Source: an uncultured bacterium (GTDB taxonomy: Bacteria; Patescibacteriota; Gracilibacteria; UBA1369; PNNO01). From it: a stretch of 32,000 bases of DNA. The notes below the pieces were generated by a model. That model was not told the origin of the DNA and ran no database searches. It saw only the letters and a program-made list of their open reading frames with translations. Every line of letters starts with the position of its first letter. Positions within the stretch are counted from its first letter, which is position 1. Below are positions 9,587 through 18,624 of the stretch, piece after piece. The position numbers were made by a program, and so were the translations under genes. The stretch is taken from the NCBI GenBank assembly GCA_963704705.1, contig OY969931.1:600001-632000 (forward strand). Direction: 5' to 3'.

Positions 9587-9805
9587 AAAGAATACGAATA
9601 ATTTAATATATCCTAGTTTTTGGTCTGATTTAATATAATCGGACATATCATTAATTGATATTGTTATCGATTGTTATCGGATCAAATGTCCATTGAAAAC
9701 CTGCTTAAAGCTTATGATGAGCCTTGTTTTGCTAAAAAAAATTTTTGGCAGGACAGGGTTCATCAACTTTTAGAAAAACACACCGAAAACACGGAGGAAA
9801 GTCTC

Positions 9806-10471
9806 ATGCAGAAGATCGCGATGATGATGTGTGTCGTTGCCCTGACGTTCGTTGCCTGCAACGAGCACCCCGGGGAGTACAGCGATGCGAACAACAACAA
9901 CGAGCCCGCTGTGAATAACAACAACAGCGGCACCAACGACAACAACTGCTGCGATGTGCAGCCCACCTTCACGGCCTGGTCGACAGACATGCTCGCGACC
10001 TGGGTCCAGAAGCAGGACGGATCCGTGGAATTGGGGGCTGTGCTCACGCCTGAGTCGTGCGATGGGGAACGAGCAAGGTACGATTACTACGTGACTTCGC
10101 GTCCCATGGTCTTCCTGTTCTCGGCTTCGACTGATTTGACGATTCAGTCGACAATCCCCCTGGAGGCCTACATCGTCAACCAGAACCCCGATGACCCCTG
10201 GTCGTTCTGGGTCATGGAGTTCGAGATCAAGGAGTTTTATGGGCTGGATCCGTTCTGGCACATCAAGCGTTTTCCCACATCCATGAGCCAAGCCGAGGGC
10301 TTCAAGTACTCGGCGAGCGCGTTCATCTGCGGTAAGCAGATCGATGCCATCAACTTGGGATGCTGGAACGTGTTCGAGGATGCGTTCTTCGAGCCGGCCG
10401 GCAATCAGCGCAACTATTACTTCGAGGAGGACGAGTTCGGAGAAATCTTCGTACTCATCGTAGTTCGGTAG
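9806..10471 (+). CDS. Small GC-rich lipoprotein of unknown function (221 aa)
   Basis: GGAGGA at 9793-9798 lies 7 nt upstream of ATG 9806. N-terminus is MQKIAMMMCVVALTFVA|C (signal plus lipobox), followed by Asn-run linkers (DANNNNEPAVNNNNSG) like that of the giant protein. G+C is ~52-58%. The frame is also open upstream to 9659 (ATG 9686, TTG 9671) in AT-rich DNA, giving an alternative long start. No family was recognised. Confidence 0.7.
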   Translation: MQKIAMMMCVVALTFVACNEHPGEYSDANNNNEPAVNNNNSGTNDNNCCDVQPTFTAWSTDMLATWVQKQDGSVELGAVLTPESCDGERARYDYYVTSRPMVFLFSASTDLTIQSTIPLEAYIVNQNPDDPWSFWVMEFEIKEFYGLDPFWHIKRFPTSMSQAEGFKYSASAFICGKQIDAINLGCWNVFEDAFFEPAGNQRNYYFEEDEFGEIFVLIVVR

Positions 10472-10545
10472 GGATTGGGGTCTCTCTGAAGCATCTTCCC
10501 TCCCTCCCAGTCCATACATGCTTCTTTGAGACCCTTTGTTTTCCA

Positions 10546-10608
10546 GGGTTTGAGAGTCGGCTGGCAGCGTAAAAAACTGCCGGCCGCTCTCAAGCCCGAC
10601 TTGTTTTT
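10546..10608 (+). terminator. Long GC-rich hairpin plus T-run closing the second GC-rich block
   Basis: GGGTTTGAGAGTCGGCTGGCAG-(CGTAAAAAA)-CTGCCGGCCGCTCTCAAGCCC forms an imperfect stem of ~20 bp, followed by GACTTGTTTTTCT. It also lies just downstream of the convergent pfkB-like gene. Confidence 0.6.
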
Positions 10609-10643
10609 CTAAAAATACAAAGCTTTAAGTAGGTTTTTCTTTT

Positions 10644-11591
10644 TTATAGAGGTTCACCAAAGTTTTTTTCGAATCTTTTTGCGAATTCTTTCATTTTGAA
10701 ATTATGGCTTTGCGTACCGCTGTTTTCAATTACAAAAGCGCTAACTAAAGCACCAACCTTACATGATTTAACATGGTCATAACCTTTAATTATTCCTGAA
10801 AGCAGGCCGGCCCTGAATGCGTCTCCGCAACCTGTGGGGTCAGCTATTTGTGTTGGTTTAGCGATAGGAATGTGATGTTCTTCGCTGCCTTCTCTTAAAA
10901 TTGAACCCTTTTCGCCCTTTGTTTCAATAAAAAAGTGAACATTATTAACAATATCATCAATATTGTAATTTAATCTTTTACATAAAAGTTCGGTTTCGTA
11001 GTGATTGGCAATATAACCAAATGCATTTTTAAGCAAAAACCTTAGATCATCCAGATCAAAAGCAGGTGTCATCTGTCCTGGATCAAAAATATAAGGAATT
11101 TCCGCTTCTTTAAGTCTATGTGCAAGTTTTACAGTTCTCTTACAAATATCCGGTGATAAAATAGCTATTTCAATATCCAATAAATCAACTTCTGTAAGTT
11201 CTACTTCATCTTCAATACTTTCCATAGCACCCGGAGCAAAAAAAGTGATTTGGTTTTCTTTATCATCAGTCAAAAGATAAGCAGTAGCAGTAAACTGATC
11301 TCTTGCTTTGCCTATATGTTTTATTGAAATTTTGTTCTTTTTAAGCCATTTTTCGTAATCTATAAAATCCATTCCAGATACTCCGTATAAAAGTGGATTA
11401 ACATCCAGCATTTTTAGGCTGTAAGCGATATTTCCGCCACAACCACCAAAATGCACAACTTTATCACGTGCAGTAAATGCTATATTTAAATGATCAAGAT
11501 GTTCTTTAAGCAAAGCATCACTAAAAACACCTTTGTAGCGCATAATATAATCGTATGCAATAGAGCCACTAACAAAGATTTTACTTCTCAT
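10644..11591 (-). CDS. PfkB-family carbohydrate/nucleoside kinase
   Basis: 315 aa. It has an N-terminal GG motif (FGGCGGNIAYSL) and the PfkB signature DPTGCGDAFRAG near the C-terminus. The substrate cannot be assigned. Confidence 0.85.
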   Translation of the reverse strand: MRSKIFVSGSIAYDYIMRYKGVFSDALLKEHLDHLNIAFTARDKVVHFGGCGGNIAYSLKMLDVNPLLYGVSGMDFIDYEKWLKKNKISIKHIGKARDQFTATAYLLTDDKENQITFFAPGAMESIEDEVELTEVDLLDIEIAILSPDICKRTVKLAHRLKEAEIPYIFDPGQMTPAFDLDDLRFLLKNAFGYIANHYETELLCKRLNYNIDDIVNNVHFFIETKGEKGSILREGSEEHHIPIAKPTQIADPTGCGDAFRAGLLSGIIKGYDHVKSCKVGALVSAFVIENSGTQSHNFKMKEFAKRFEKNFGEPL

Positions 11592-11598
11592 ATTAGAA

Positions 11599-12393
11599 TT
11601 ATTTAGTTGGAATTGGGGTATCTGAATATTTAGGCATTTTTTCTTTTAAATCCTGCTGTTTGCGGCCTTCATAATTTTGTTCAATATGAATATCGCGCGC
11701 AATAACACCTGCTCTGAATAAACTTTCAAAAGTTCCGGCATCAGTCCATCTCTTTTTTAAAACAGTTGCTGTTAACTGTGCTTTTTGAATGTAGGCGTTA
11801 TTTACATCAGTAATTTCATATTCACCTCTGTTTGAAGGTGACAGTCCCGAAATTATATCAAAAACCTGATTGTCATATAAATATAAACCTGTTACAGCAT
11901 AGTTTGATTTTGGTTGTTTAGGTTTTTCTTCAATTCCAACTACTTTTTTGCCTTTTAATTCAGCAACTCCAAATCTAAATGAATCTTCAAGTTCTTTAAT
12001 AAAAATATGGGCACCTTTTTGATTTTCGAATTCTTTAATATGTTTACTTAAGTTTTCTTCAAAGACATTGTCACCTAAAATAACTGCGAAATTGTCTTCT
12101 CCTACAAAGTTTTTAACAAGACCTACTGCATGCGCAATGCCTTCAGCTTTTTCTTGTACTCTAAATTGCAAATTGCATCCATATTGTTTGCCGTCTCCGA
12201 GTAATTGTAAAAATGAACCTGCGTGTTTAGGGCCTGACACAATTAAAATATCTCTTATCCCTGCCTGGGTTAGTGTTTGCAGAGGATGAAAAATCATTGG
12301 TTTGTTGTAGATAGGAAGTAAATGTTTGTTTGTTACTTCGGTAAGTGGTTTTAAACGATTTCCCTGTCCTCCTGCGAGAATTACACCTTTCAT
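11599..12393 (-). CDS. rmlA: Glucose-1-phosphate thymidylyltransferase-like sugar nucleotidyltransferase
   Basis: 264 aa. The N-terminus MKGVILAGGQGNRLKPLT..NKHLLPIYNKPMI is the G-x-G-x-R-L nucleotidyltransferase motif of the RmlA family. It lies in a cluster with rmlB and rmlD. Confidence 0.8.
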   Translation of the reverse strand: MKGVILAGGQGNRLKPLTEVTNKHLLPIYNKPMIFHPLQTLTQAGIRDILIVSGPKHAGSFLQLLGDGKQYGCNLQFRVQEKAEGIAHAVGLVKNFVGEDNFAVILGDNVFEENLSKHIKEFENQKGAHIFIKELEDSFRFGVAELKGKKVVGIEEKPKQPKSNYAVTGLYLYDNQVFDIISGLSPSNRGEYEITDVNNAYIQKAQLTATVLKKRWTDAGTFESLFRAGVIARDIHIEQNYEGRKQQDLKEKMPKYSDTPIPTK

Positions 12394-12395
12394 TT

Positions 12396-13229
12396 TTATA
12401 TTTTATTAAGATAATCTTTTAGAGCTTCTTCATGTGATCTTAAGTGGGGCAGTTTTGTATTGTGCAGAATTGAAATCTGCGGTCTTTTTGCCGGCCGGTT
12501 GAGCTCTCCTGAATTAATGCTCACTAAGTCTACCCCAGTTAAATTTTTTAAATCAAATATTTTTTTTGCAAATTCATACCACGAAGTGCTATTTTCGTTT
12601 ACCAGATGGTAAATTCCGCTTGAATAGCCCGTTTTCACAAAATCCAAAATTCCATTTGCAAGATCAACAGTATATGTTGGTTTACCAAATTGGTCGTTCA
12701 CAACCTGAATTTGACGACCTTCATCAGCGAGTTTTAGCATTGTTTTTACAAAGTTCTGTCCATGCATTCCAAATAGCCATGAAGTTCTGATAATAAAAAA
12801 ATTATCTGTATTTTCCTGAATCATTTTTTCTCCCAGAAGCTTTGATTCACCGTATGTATTAATAGGGGAGGTAACATCATCTTCTTTGTATCCTTCCTTT
12901 TTGGTACCGTCAAAAACATAATCTGTACTAAAATACATTAAATTGGCATCAATTTCTTTGCATTTTTCAGCTAAAAATTTGTTTGCGTAGCCATTTACCT
13001 GCATAACGAAATTCTGCTTTGCTTCACATTCATCAACATAAGTAAATCCGGCAGCGTTTATAACCAAATTTGGCCTAAAATCATTTAAAATCTGCCATAC
13101 AGATTCTTCATTTGTTATATCTAGTTCATCTCGGCTCGTTGAATAGAAATCAAATTCTTTGGATTCTTTAAATACAGAATTAATTTCAGTGCCCAGTAGC
13201 CCGTTTTTACCTATTAAAAGGATTTTCAT
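12396..13229 (-). CDS. rmlD: dTDP-4-dehydrorhamnose reductase
   Basis: Has the MKILLIGKNGLLG Rossmann start plus STDYVFDG and YGESKLLGE (the Y-x3-K catalytic pair). The ORF track extends to 13253, but that start overlaps proS by 14 nt, so ATG 13229 is favoured. Confidence 0.85.
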   Translation of the reverse strand: MKILLIGKNGLLGTEINSVFKESKEFDFYSTSRDELDITNEESVWQILNDFRPNLVINAAGFTYVDECEAKQNFVMQVNGYANKFLAEKCKEIDANLMYFSTDYVFDGTKKEGYKEDDVTSPINTYGESKLLGEKMIQENTDNFFIIRTSWLFGMHGQNFVKTMLKLADEGRQIQVVNDQFGKPTYTVDLANGILDFVKTGYSSGIYHLVNENSTSWYEFAKKIFDLKNLTGVDLVSINSGELNRPAKRPQISILHNTKLPHLRSHEEALKDYLNKI

Positions 13230-13239
13230 CAGACACGAG

Positions 13240-14946
13240 TTAATTGTTGGCAAATTTTTTAATTTCGTTAATTAATTTATCTATTTTAACATTTTTAGCT
13301 TCTTTTTCAGTTCGCTCTTTCCATTCAACACTGTTTTCAGCAATTGTTCTTTTGCTGATTACAATTCTAAGTGGCAATCCAATCAAATCAGCATCATTTA
13401 ATTTAAGTCCAGGACTGGCATCACGATCATCAAAAAGAACTTCAATATTCTCATTATTCATATTTTCATAAAGTTTCTGCGCAATAGTCTGCACCTCGTC
13501 ATCTTCGCCAATTGTAATCAAATACACCAAGTAAGGAGCAATGGTTTTTGGCCAGATTATTCCTTTATCATCATGTGATGCTTCTACGATTGTTCCTAAA
13601 AGCCTTGTTGAACCGATTCCATAACAACCCATAATAACGGGCTTTTTCTTGCCATCCTGATCAGTGAAGCTAAGATCAAAATCATCACTGTATCGTGTGC
13701 CGAGTTTAAAAATATTACCTGCTTCAACAGCTTTTTCTTCTTCAAGCTGAGTATCACATTTAGGACACATAAATCCGCCTTTAACCTCAACGAAATCAGC
13801 AAAATCTTTAACTTCAAAATCACGGCCTATATTTATATTTTTCCAGTCTTTATTTAATTCATTTGCGCCAGATTCGAAATTTTTCATTTCTTTAATAGAA
13901 AAATCACCAATAAATGAGATTTTGTTATTTGGCTTGCCATCAGCCAAAACAGGGGATATAAATCCTTCGACAAGCCCTAATTGTTTAAGCTCTTCAGATG
14001 TAGCTATTCTGACATGTTTTTTAAAATATCTTTCTAATTTTTCAAGATTCACATTAAAGTCTCCACGTATTAAAATAGCGACAGGACCTTCATCTTCAAC
14101 CATATAAACTACTGATTTTAAAATTCGAAATTCATCGATTTCAAGTTTTTTAGCTGCATCTTTGATTGTTTTATCCCGTTCAATATCTATCAATTCGCGT
14201 TTTTTCTCTTTTTCATCTGATGTAGGATTATCGTATTTGCCTTCTGCAATTTCCAGATTTTGTGCAAATTTACATTTAGGACAGTAAATCATTGTATCTT
14301 CACCTGCATCGGTTTTTATTGAGAATTCATGTGAAATTTTATCTGTAAAAGCTCCACCCGAAGCTTCAATAATATAAGCATCCAATCCACATCTCGAATA
14401 AACATTTAAGTATGCTTCAATAACTTTATTGTAATATTCATCTAAGTCTTCTTCTGAAGTGTGAAAACTGTACATGTCTTTCATCCCAAATTCGCGTCCT
14501 CTTAATAATCCTGATTTTGCGCGTGGTTCGTTGCGAAATTTGGTTTGTAACTGATAAACGCATAAAGGCAGATCTTTATAACTTTGAATTTGTTTTTTTG
14601 CCAAAGGTGTTACTGTTTCTTCATGACTTGGCCCTAAAACAAAGTCTTTTTCACCTGATTTTAATCTATATAAAACATCAAATGTATTTATTCTGCCTGT
14701 TGTTTCCCATAATTCAACTGGTTGAAGTGCAGGCATTAATATTTCCTGCGCGCCAACAGCATTCATTTCTTCACGAATAATTGTGTTGATTTTATGCATC
14801 GATCGCATTCCAAGCGGAAGATAGTTGTAAATTCCAGCTGCAACTTTATCTATAAATCCTGCTTTAGTTAAAAGCTCAGCATTTATACTGTTAGAATCAT
14901 GTGGAGTTTCATGTTTAGTACGCCCGAAAAATTTAGAATATCGCAT
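13240..14946 (-). CDS. proS: Prolyl-tRNA synthetase (bacterial type, with insertion domain)
   Basis: 568 aa. The N-terminus MRYSKFFGRT.KE.P.D....S..LL.KAGFI......GIY..LPLG is characteristic of ProRS. Class II motifs and a C-terminal anticodon-binding region are present. Confidence 0.95.
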   Translation of the reverse strand: MRYSKFFGRTKHETPHDSNSINAELLTKAGFIDKVAAGIYNYLPLGMRSMHKINTIIREEMNAVGAQEILMPALQPVELWETTGRINTFDVLYRLKSGEKDFVLGPSHEETVTPLAKKQIQSYKDLPLCVYQLQTKFRNEPRAKSGLLRGREFGMKDMYSFHTSEEDLDEYYNKVIEAYLNVYSRCGLDAYIIEASGGAFTDKISHEFSIKTDAGEDTMIYCPKCKFAQNLEIAEGKYDNPTSDEKEKKRELIDIERDKTIKDAAKKLEIDEFRILKSVVYMVEDEGPVAILIRGDFNVNLEKLERYFKKHVRIATSEELKQLGLVEGFISPVLADGKPNNKISFIGDFSIKEMKNFESGANELNKDWKNINIGRDFEVKDFADFVEVKGGFMCPKCDTQLEEEKAVEAGNIFKLGTRYSDDFDLSFTDQDGKKKPVIMGCYGIGSTRLLGTIVEASHDDKGIIWPKTIAPYLVYLITIGEDDEVQTIAQKLYENMNNENIEVLFDDRDASPGLKLNDADLIGLPLRIVISKRTIAENSVEWKERTEKEAKNVKIDKLINEIKKFANN

Positions 14947-14959
14947 CTTTTAGGTTAAA

Positions 14960-15997
14960 TTAAGGTCTTGAAGTGGGTAAAGGTTTATCACTTGTTTTTT
15001 CATGTTTGCGTTCCTGTGCTTTATCAATAAGTTTCTCCCACCACTCTTTATGTGTTTCATACCAATCAAAGGTTTTCGCTATTCCTTCTTCAAAGGTAAC
15101 CTCGGGTTCCCAGCCGATTTCTTTTTTCATTTTACTTGCATCAATCGCATAACGTCTGTCATGAGCCTTACGGTCATCAACAAACATAATCTTATTTTCG
15201 TCTTTTTCTAAAAATTTAAGTATTAATTTTGTGATTTCCAGGTTAGATTTTTCAAAATTACCACCGATATTATATACTTCACCAGGTTTACCTTTTTCCA
15301 AAATCATATCAATGGCACGACAATGATCGGTTACATAAAGCCAATCCCGAACATTTTTACCGTCTCCATAAACAGGTAGTTTTTGATCTTCGGATGCCAG
15401 TCTGAAAAAATAAGGAATTAGTTTTTCAGGAAATTGATATGGTCCGTAATTATTTGAACATCTGCTAATTGTTAATGGCATTTTAAATGTTTCATAATAT
15501 GATCTCACCAGAAGGTCAGCTGCTGCTTTGCTTGCAGCATAAGGACAATTAGGTGAAATTGGTGTTTTTTCAGTAAATTTATTGTCATTATCAAGCCCTA
15601 AATCACCATAAACTTCATCAGTTGAAACCTGATGGTATCTTGAGACTTCATTTGCACGGCATGCATCAAGCAAAGTTTGAGTTCCAACAATATTTGTCAT
15701 TGTAAAAGCACTTGGCGTTTCAATACTTCTATCTACATGTGTTTCAGCTGCAAAATTTACAACAGTGTCGAATTTTTCTCTTTCAAAAAGTTTATTTACC
15801 ATTGGAACATCAGCAATATCACCAAGCATAAACCAAAACCTTTCATTATTATCCAGGTCTTTTAAATTATCCATGTTCCCTGCGTAAGTAAGGCGATCCA
15901 AAACAATCACCATATCTTTAGGGTGTTTTTTAAGATAATAATGCGTGAAATTTGAACCTATAAATCCGGCACCGCCGGTAACTAATACTTTTTTCAT
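14960..15997 (-). CDS. rmlB: dTDP-glucose 4,6-dehydratase
   Basis: 345 aa. Has MKKVLVTGGAGFIGSNF, the YAASKAAADLL Y-x3-K motif, and the conserved HVDRSI and NNYGPYQFPEKLIP blocks. Confidence 0.95.
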   Translation of the reverse strand: MKKVLVTGGAGFIGSNFTHYYLKKHPKDMVIVLDRLTYAGNMDNLKDLDNNERFWFMLGDIADVPMVNKLFEREKFDTVVNFAAETHVDRSIETPSAFTMTNIVGTQTLLDACRANEVSRYHQVSTDEVYGDLGLDNDNKFTEKTPISPNCPYAASKAAADLLVRSYYETFKMPLTISRCSNNYGPYQFPEKLIPYFFRLASEDQKLPVYGDGKNVRDWLYVTDHCRAIDMILEKGKPGEVYNIGGNFEKSNLEITKLILKFLEKDENKIMFVDDRKAHDRRYAIDASKMKKEIGWEPEVTFEEGIAKTFDWYETHKEWWEKLIDKAQERKHEKTSDKPLPTSRP

Positions 15998-16063
15998 AAG
16001 ATACGAACGTTAGTGAGTATCTGGCGAGCAAAAACTTATTGCGAGCCATAGCGTGAGCCCCGC

Positions 16064-16462
16064 TTAGCGGGGTGAACTCAGTTTCAAGAATTTATCGAAA
16101 TCTCTTACATAATCAGATGGGTCGTAATTAGTTGACGACACTGCCAGTAGAATAGCATCTTCTGAAAAATCTGTGAACTCATGCCATATCATATTATCTA
16201 CATAAATTGCATTATCAGGACCTTTTAGCTTATGTTCCTGCCAATCTTTGCCATCATGCACTCTCGCGGTAATTTCACCGCGCGGACAAATAAAAAGTTC
16301 TTTTTCAGTTCTGTGCGCATGACCTCCTCTTGTTTCTTTGTTATTAAATGCATAATAAACACGCTTTGGTTCCCAATCTATATAATCCTTAAGTTCAATA
16401 GGAACCAGTTGACCGCGTTCATCAGTAAATAGAGGAAGATTGTAAGTTTGAATTTTGTTCAT
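16064..16462 (-). CDS. FdtA/WxcM-like cupin (putative dTDP-4-keto-6-deoxyhexose 3,4-ketoisomerase)
   Basis: 132 aa. The pattern F.DERG.L...E......KR.YY......RGGHAH....ELFIC..G matches, from memory, the FdtA/WxcM-like domain rather than the ~180-aa RmlC epimerase. Confidence 0.65.
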   Translation of the reverse strand: MNKIQTYNLPLFTDERGQLVPIELKDYIDWEPKRVYYAFNNKETRGGHAHRTEKELFICPRGEITARVHDGKDWQEHKLKGPDNAIYVDNMIWHEFTDFSEDAILLAVSSTNYDPSDYVRDFDKFLKLSSPR

Positions 16463-16465
16463 GAT

Positions 16466-18556
16466 TTAAAGTGTGCGTATTGTCTTTTCTAATTTATATA
16501 CTTCCAAAATATCACCTTCCTGAACATCATGTTTACCTTTTAATTTAATTCCGCATTCATTATCAGCTTTAATTTCATCAACCGCTTCTTTTACCCTTTT
16601 TAATGAATCTATTTCAACTTCTTCAACCTTTTCACCATCACGTATTAATCTTGCTTTTGCCCCTTTTTGAATTTTTCCGTTAGTAACCTTACAACCAATG
16701 ATCATCTCTTTTTTACCACTAAAGAACACTTGTTTAACTTCAGCTTTACCAAGGTCAACTTCAACAATCTCAGGTTCAATAAGACCTGCTAAAAGTTTAG
16801 TAATATCTTCAATTAATTTGTAAATAATTGTGTATTTAAGAATATCAACATTTTCACGTTCAGCTGTTTTATCAACTTGTGCAGGAACATCCACATGGAA
16901 GCCAATAACAATTCCGGTGCTTGCACTAGCCATAATTACGTCGCCTTCAGTCACGTTGCCAACTCCTGAGTGGATAACTTTAATCGCTACTTCTTCATCT
17001 TTTATTTTTTCTAAAGCTTGCAGAATTGCTTCGAGTGAACCTTTTGTATCAGCTTTAATAACTAACTTTAATGTTTTTAATTTACCGCTTACGATTTGGG
17101 CAAGAATATCTTTTGGTCCAAATCCCGCATGAAGTTCATTCTTTTTTAATAATGCTATTTTTTGAGCCTGAGTTCTTGCGGTTTTTTCATCTTTAACAAC
17201 CTGTAAAATATCTCCACTGTGAGGTGAAGCTGAAAGTCCGGCTACCAATACAGGAGTGGAAGGTTCGGCTTTTTTCATGTTCTTGCCATTGTGGTCTTTC
17301 ATCACTTTTATTCGTCCGTAAGTTTCACCGATTACAACATTATCCATTATTTTTAAAGTACCTGTATTTATTAAGACAGTTGCAACCGGTCCTAAATTTT
17401 TATCCAAATGTGATTCGATAACAGTACCAACCGCAGCTCTGTTCGGATTCGCTTTTAGATCTTCCATTTCAGCAACTATAAGAATCATATCCAACAGATT
17501 CTCCATTCCTTCACCGGTAATTGCAGAAACAGGTGCCATAATTGTTTTTCCGCCCCAATCTTCTGGCTGCAAATCGTGTTCTGCCAGTTCAGCTTTTACT
17601 CTTTCAGGATTAGCATTTTCTTTATCGATTTTATTTATAGCAACAATTATAGGAATACCAGCAGCTCTTGCATGATTGATTGCCTCTATTGTCTGGGGTT
17701 TAACTCCTTCATCAGCAGCAACCACTAAAATTGCAATATCAGTGGCTTTTGCACCTCTTGCACGCATGGCAGTGAAGGCTTCATGTCCTGGAGTATCTAG
17801 AAATGTAATTTTTTTCCCATTTCTTTCAACCTGATATGCACCGATATGCTGCGTAATACCACCTGATTCAGTTGCTACTACATTTGATTTCCGAATATAA
17901 TCAAGAATTTTTGTTTTACCATGATCAACATGCCCCATAATGCTAATTACAGGTGGCCTTTCAACTAAATCCGATTTTTCATCTTCTTTTAATAATTGGT
18001 TTAAATTTCCTGACATTAAATCTTCAATTGATGCTTCGTCCCTGATTTTTTTGATTTTTAATCCCAAATCTGCGGCAATAATAGAAGCAGTATCAAAATC
18101 AATTTGTTGGTTAATGTTTGCGAGAATCCCGTTTTTCATAAGTTCACCGATTACTTTTGCAGCGTTTAGACCGGTTTTTTCAGCAAATTCTTTAACTGAA
18201 ATTACAGCAGGAATTTCAATTGCCTTGCCTTTTTCAACTTTTTCTTCAGGTTGTTTCTTTTCTTCTTCTTTCCTTTTTTCCTTGCCTGAATCTTTTCCAG
18301 CTGTTTTTTTTCTTTGTTTTTTAATTATTTCACGATCCAGTTCTTTATCATAAATTTCTTCATAAACTTTTGCGGCACTTTTATCTGTATCTTCATCTTT
18401 ATTTCCCTGTAATTCATCCGTTACGAGTTCTGCAATGTCATCTTCAATTGTTCTTGCATTTGTTTTTACTTCAAATCCAAGCTCATTTATCTTTTCTTTG
18501 AGCTCCTTGGGGCTAATGCCCAACTTTTCTGCAACATCTTTAATTTTTTGTGACAT
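16466..18556 (-). CDS. infB: Translation initiation factor IF-2
   Basis: 696 aa. Has the IF2 N-terminal helix ([22 protein letters not shown]), a Lys/Glu-rich spacer, the GTPase motifs [16 protein letters not shown] and NKID, and the C-terminal domains. Confidence 0.95.
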   Translation of the reverse strand: MSQKIKDVAEKLGISPKELKEKINELGFEVKTNARTIEDDIAELVTDELQGNKDEDTDKSAAKVYEEIYDKELDREIIKKQRKKTAGKDSGKEKRKEEEKKQPEEKVEKGKAIEIPAVISVKEFAEKTGLNAAKVIGELMKNGILANINQQIDFDTASIIAADLGLKIKKIRDEASIEDLMSGNLNQLLKEDEKSDLVERPPVISIMGHVDHGKTKILDYIRKSNVVATESGGITQHIGAYQVERNGKKITFLDTPGHEAFTAMRARGAKATDIAILVVAADEGVKPQTIEAINHARAAGIPIIVAINKIDKENANPERVKAELAEHDLQPEDWGGKTIMAPVSAITGEGMENLLDMILIVAEMEDLKANPNRAAVGTVIESHLDKNLGPVATVLINTGTLKIMDNVVIGETYGRIKVMKDHNGKNMKKAEPSTPVLVAGLSASPHSGDILQVVKDEKTARTQAQKIALLKKNELHAGFGPKDILAQIVSGKLKTLKLVIKADTKGSLEAILQALEKIKDEEVAIKVIHSGVGNVTEGDVIMASASTGIVIGFHVDVPAQVDKTAERENVDILKYTIIYKLIEDITKLLAGLIEPEIVEVDLGKAEVKQVFFSGKKEMIIGCKVTNGKIQKGAKARLIRDGEKVEEVEIDSLKRVKEAVDEIKADNECGIKLKGKHDVQEGDILEVYKLEKTIRTL

Positions 18557-18624
18557 ACGAAAAAAGCTTTAGTTAGCTTAAATGCGAGTGTTAGTTTACG
18601 TGCAAAAGCTTTAAAAGTAAAGGT

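Noticed and set aside
9770-10519. A 249-aa minus-strand ORF covering the small GC-rich lipoprotein gene.
   Set aside because: It is an antisense shadow of the SD-preceded plus-strand gene. It is Arg/Val/Gly-rich, has no signal features and runs through the terminator hairpin.
10546-10597. The long imperfect inverted repeat at the 3' end of the small GC-rich cassette considered as an integron attC site.
   Set aside because: There are no RYYYAAC / GTTRRRY core sites at its ends and no intI or attI nearby. A T-run follows it, so it behaves as an ordinary terminator.
7991-10643. Mobile-element hallmarks at the three GC/AT junctions (integrase, transposase, tRNA target, terminal inverted or direct repeats).
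   Set aside because: None was found by eye. The short ATTGTT matches near two junctions are too short to count. The blocks therefore cannot be called a defined mobile element.
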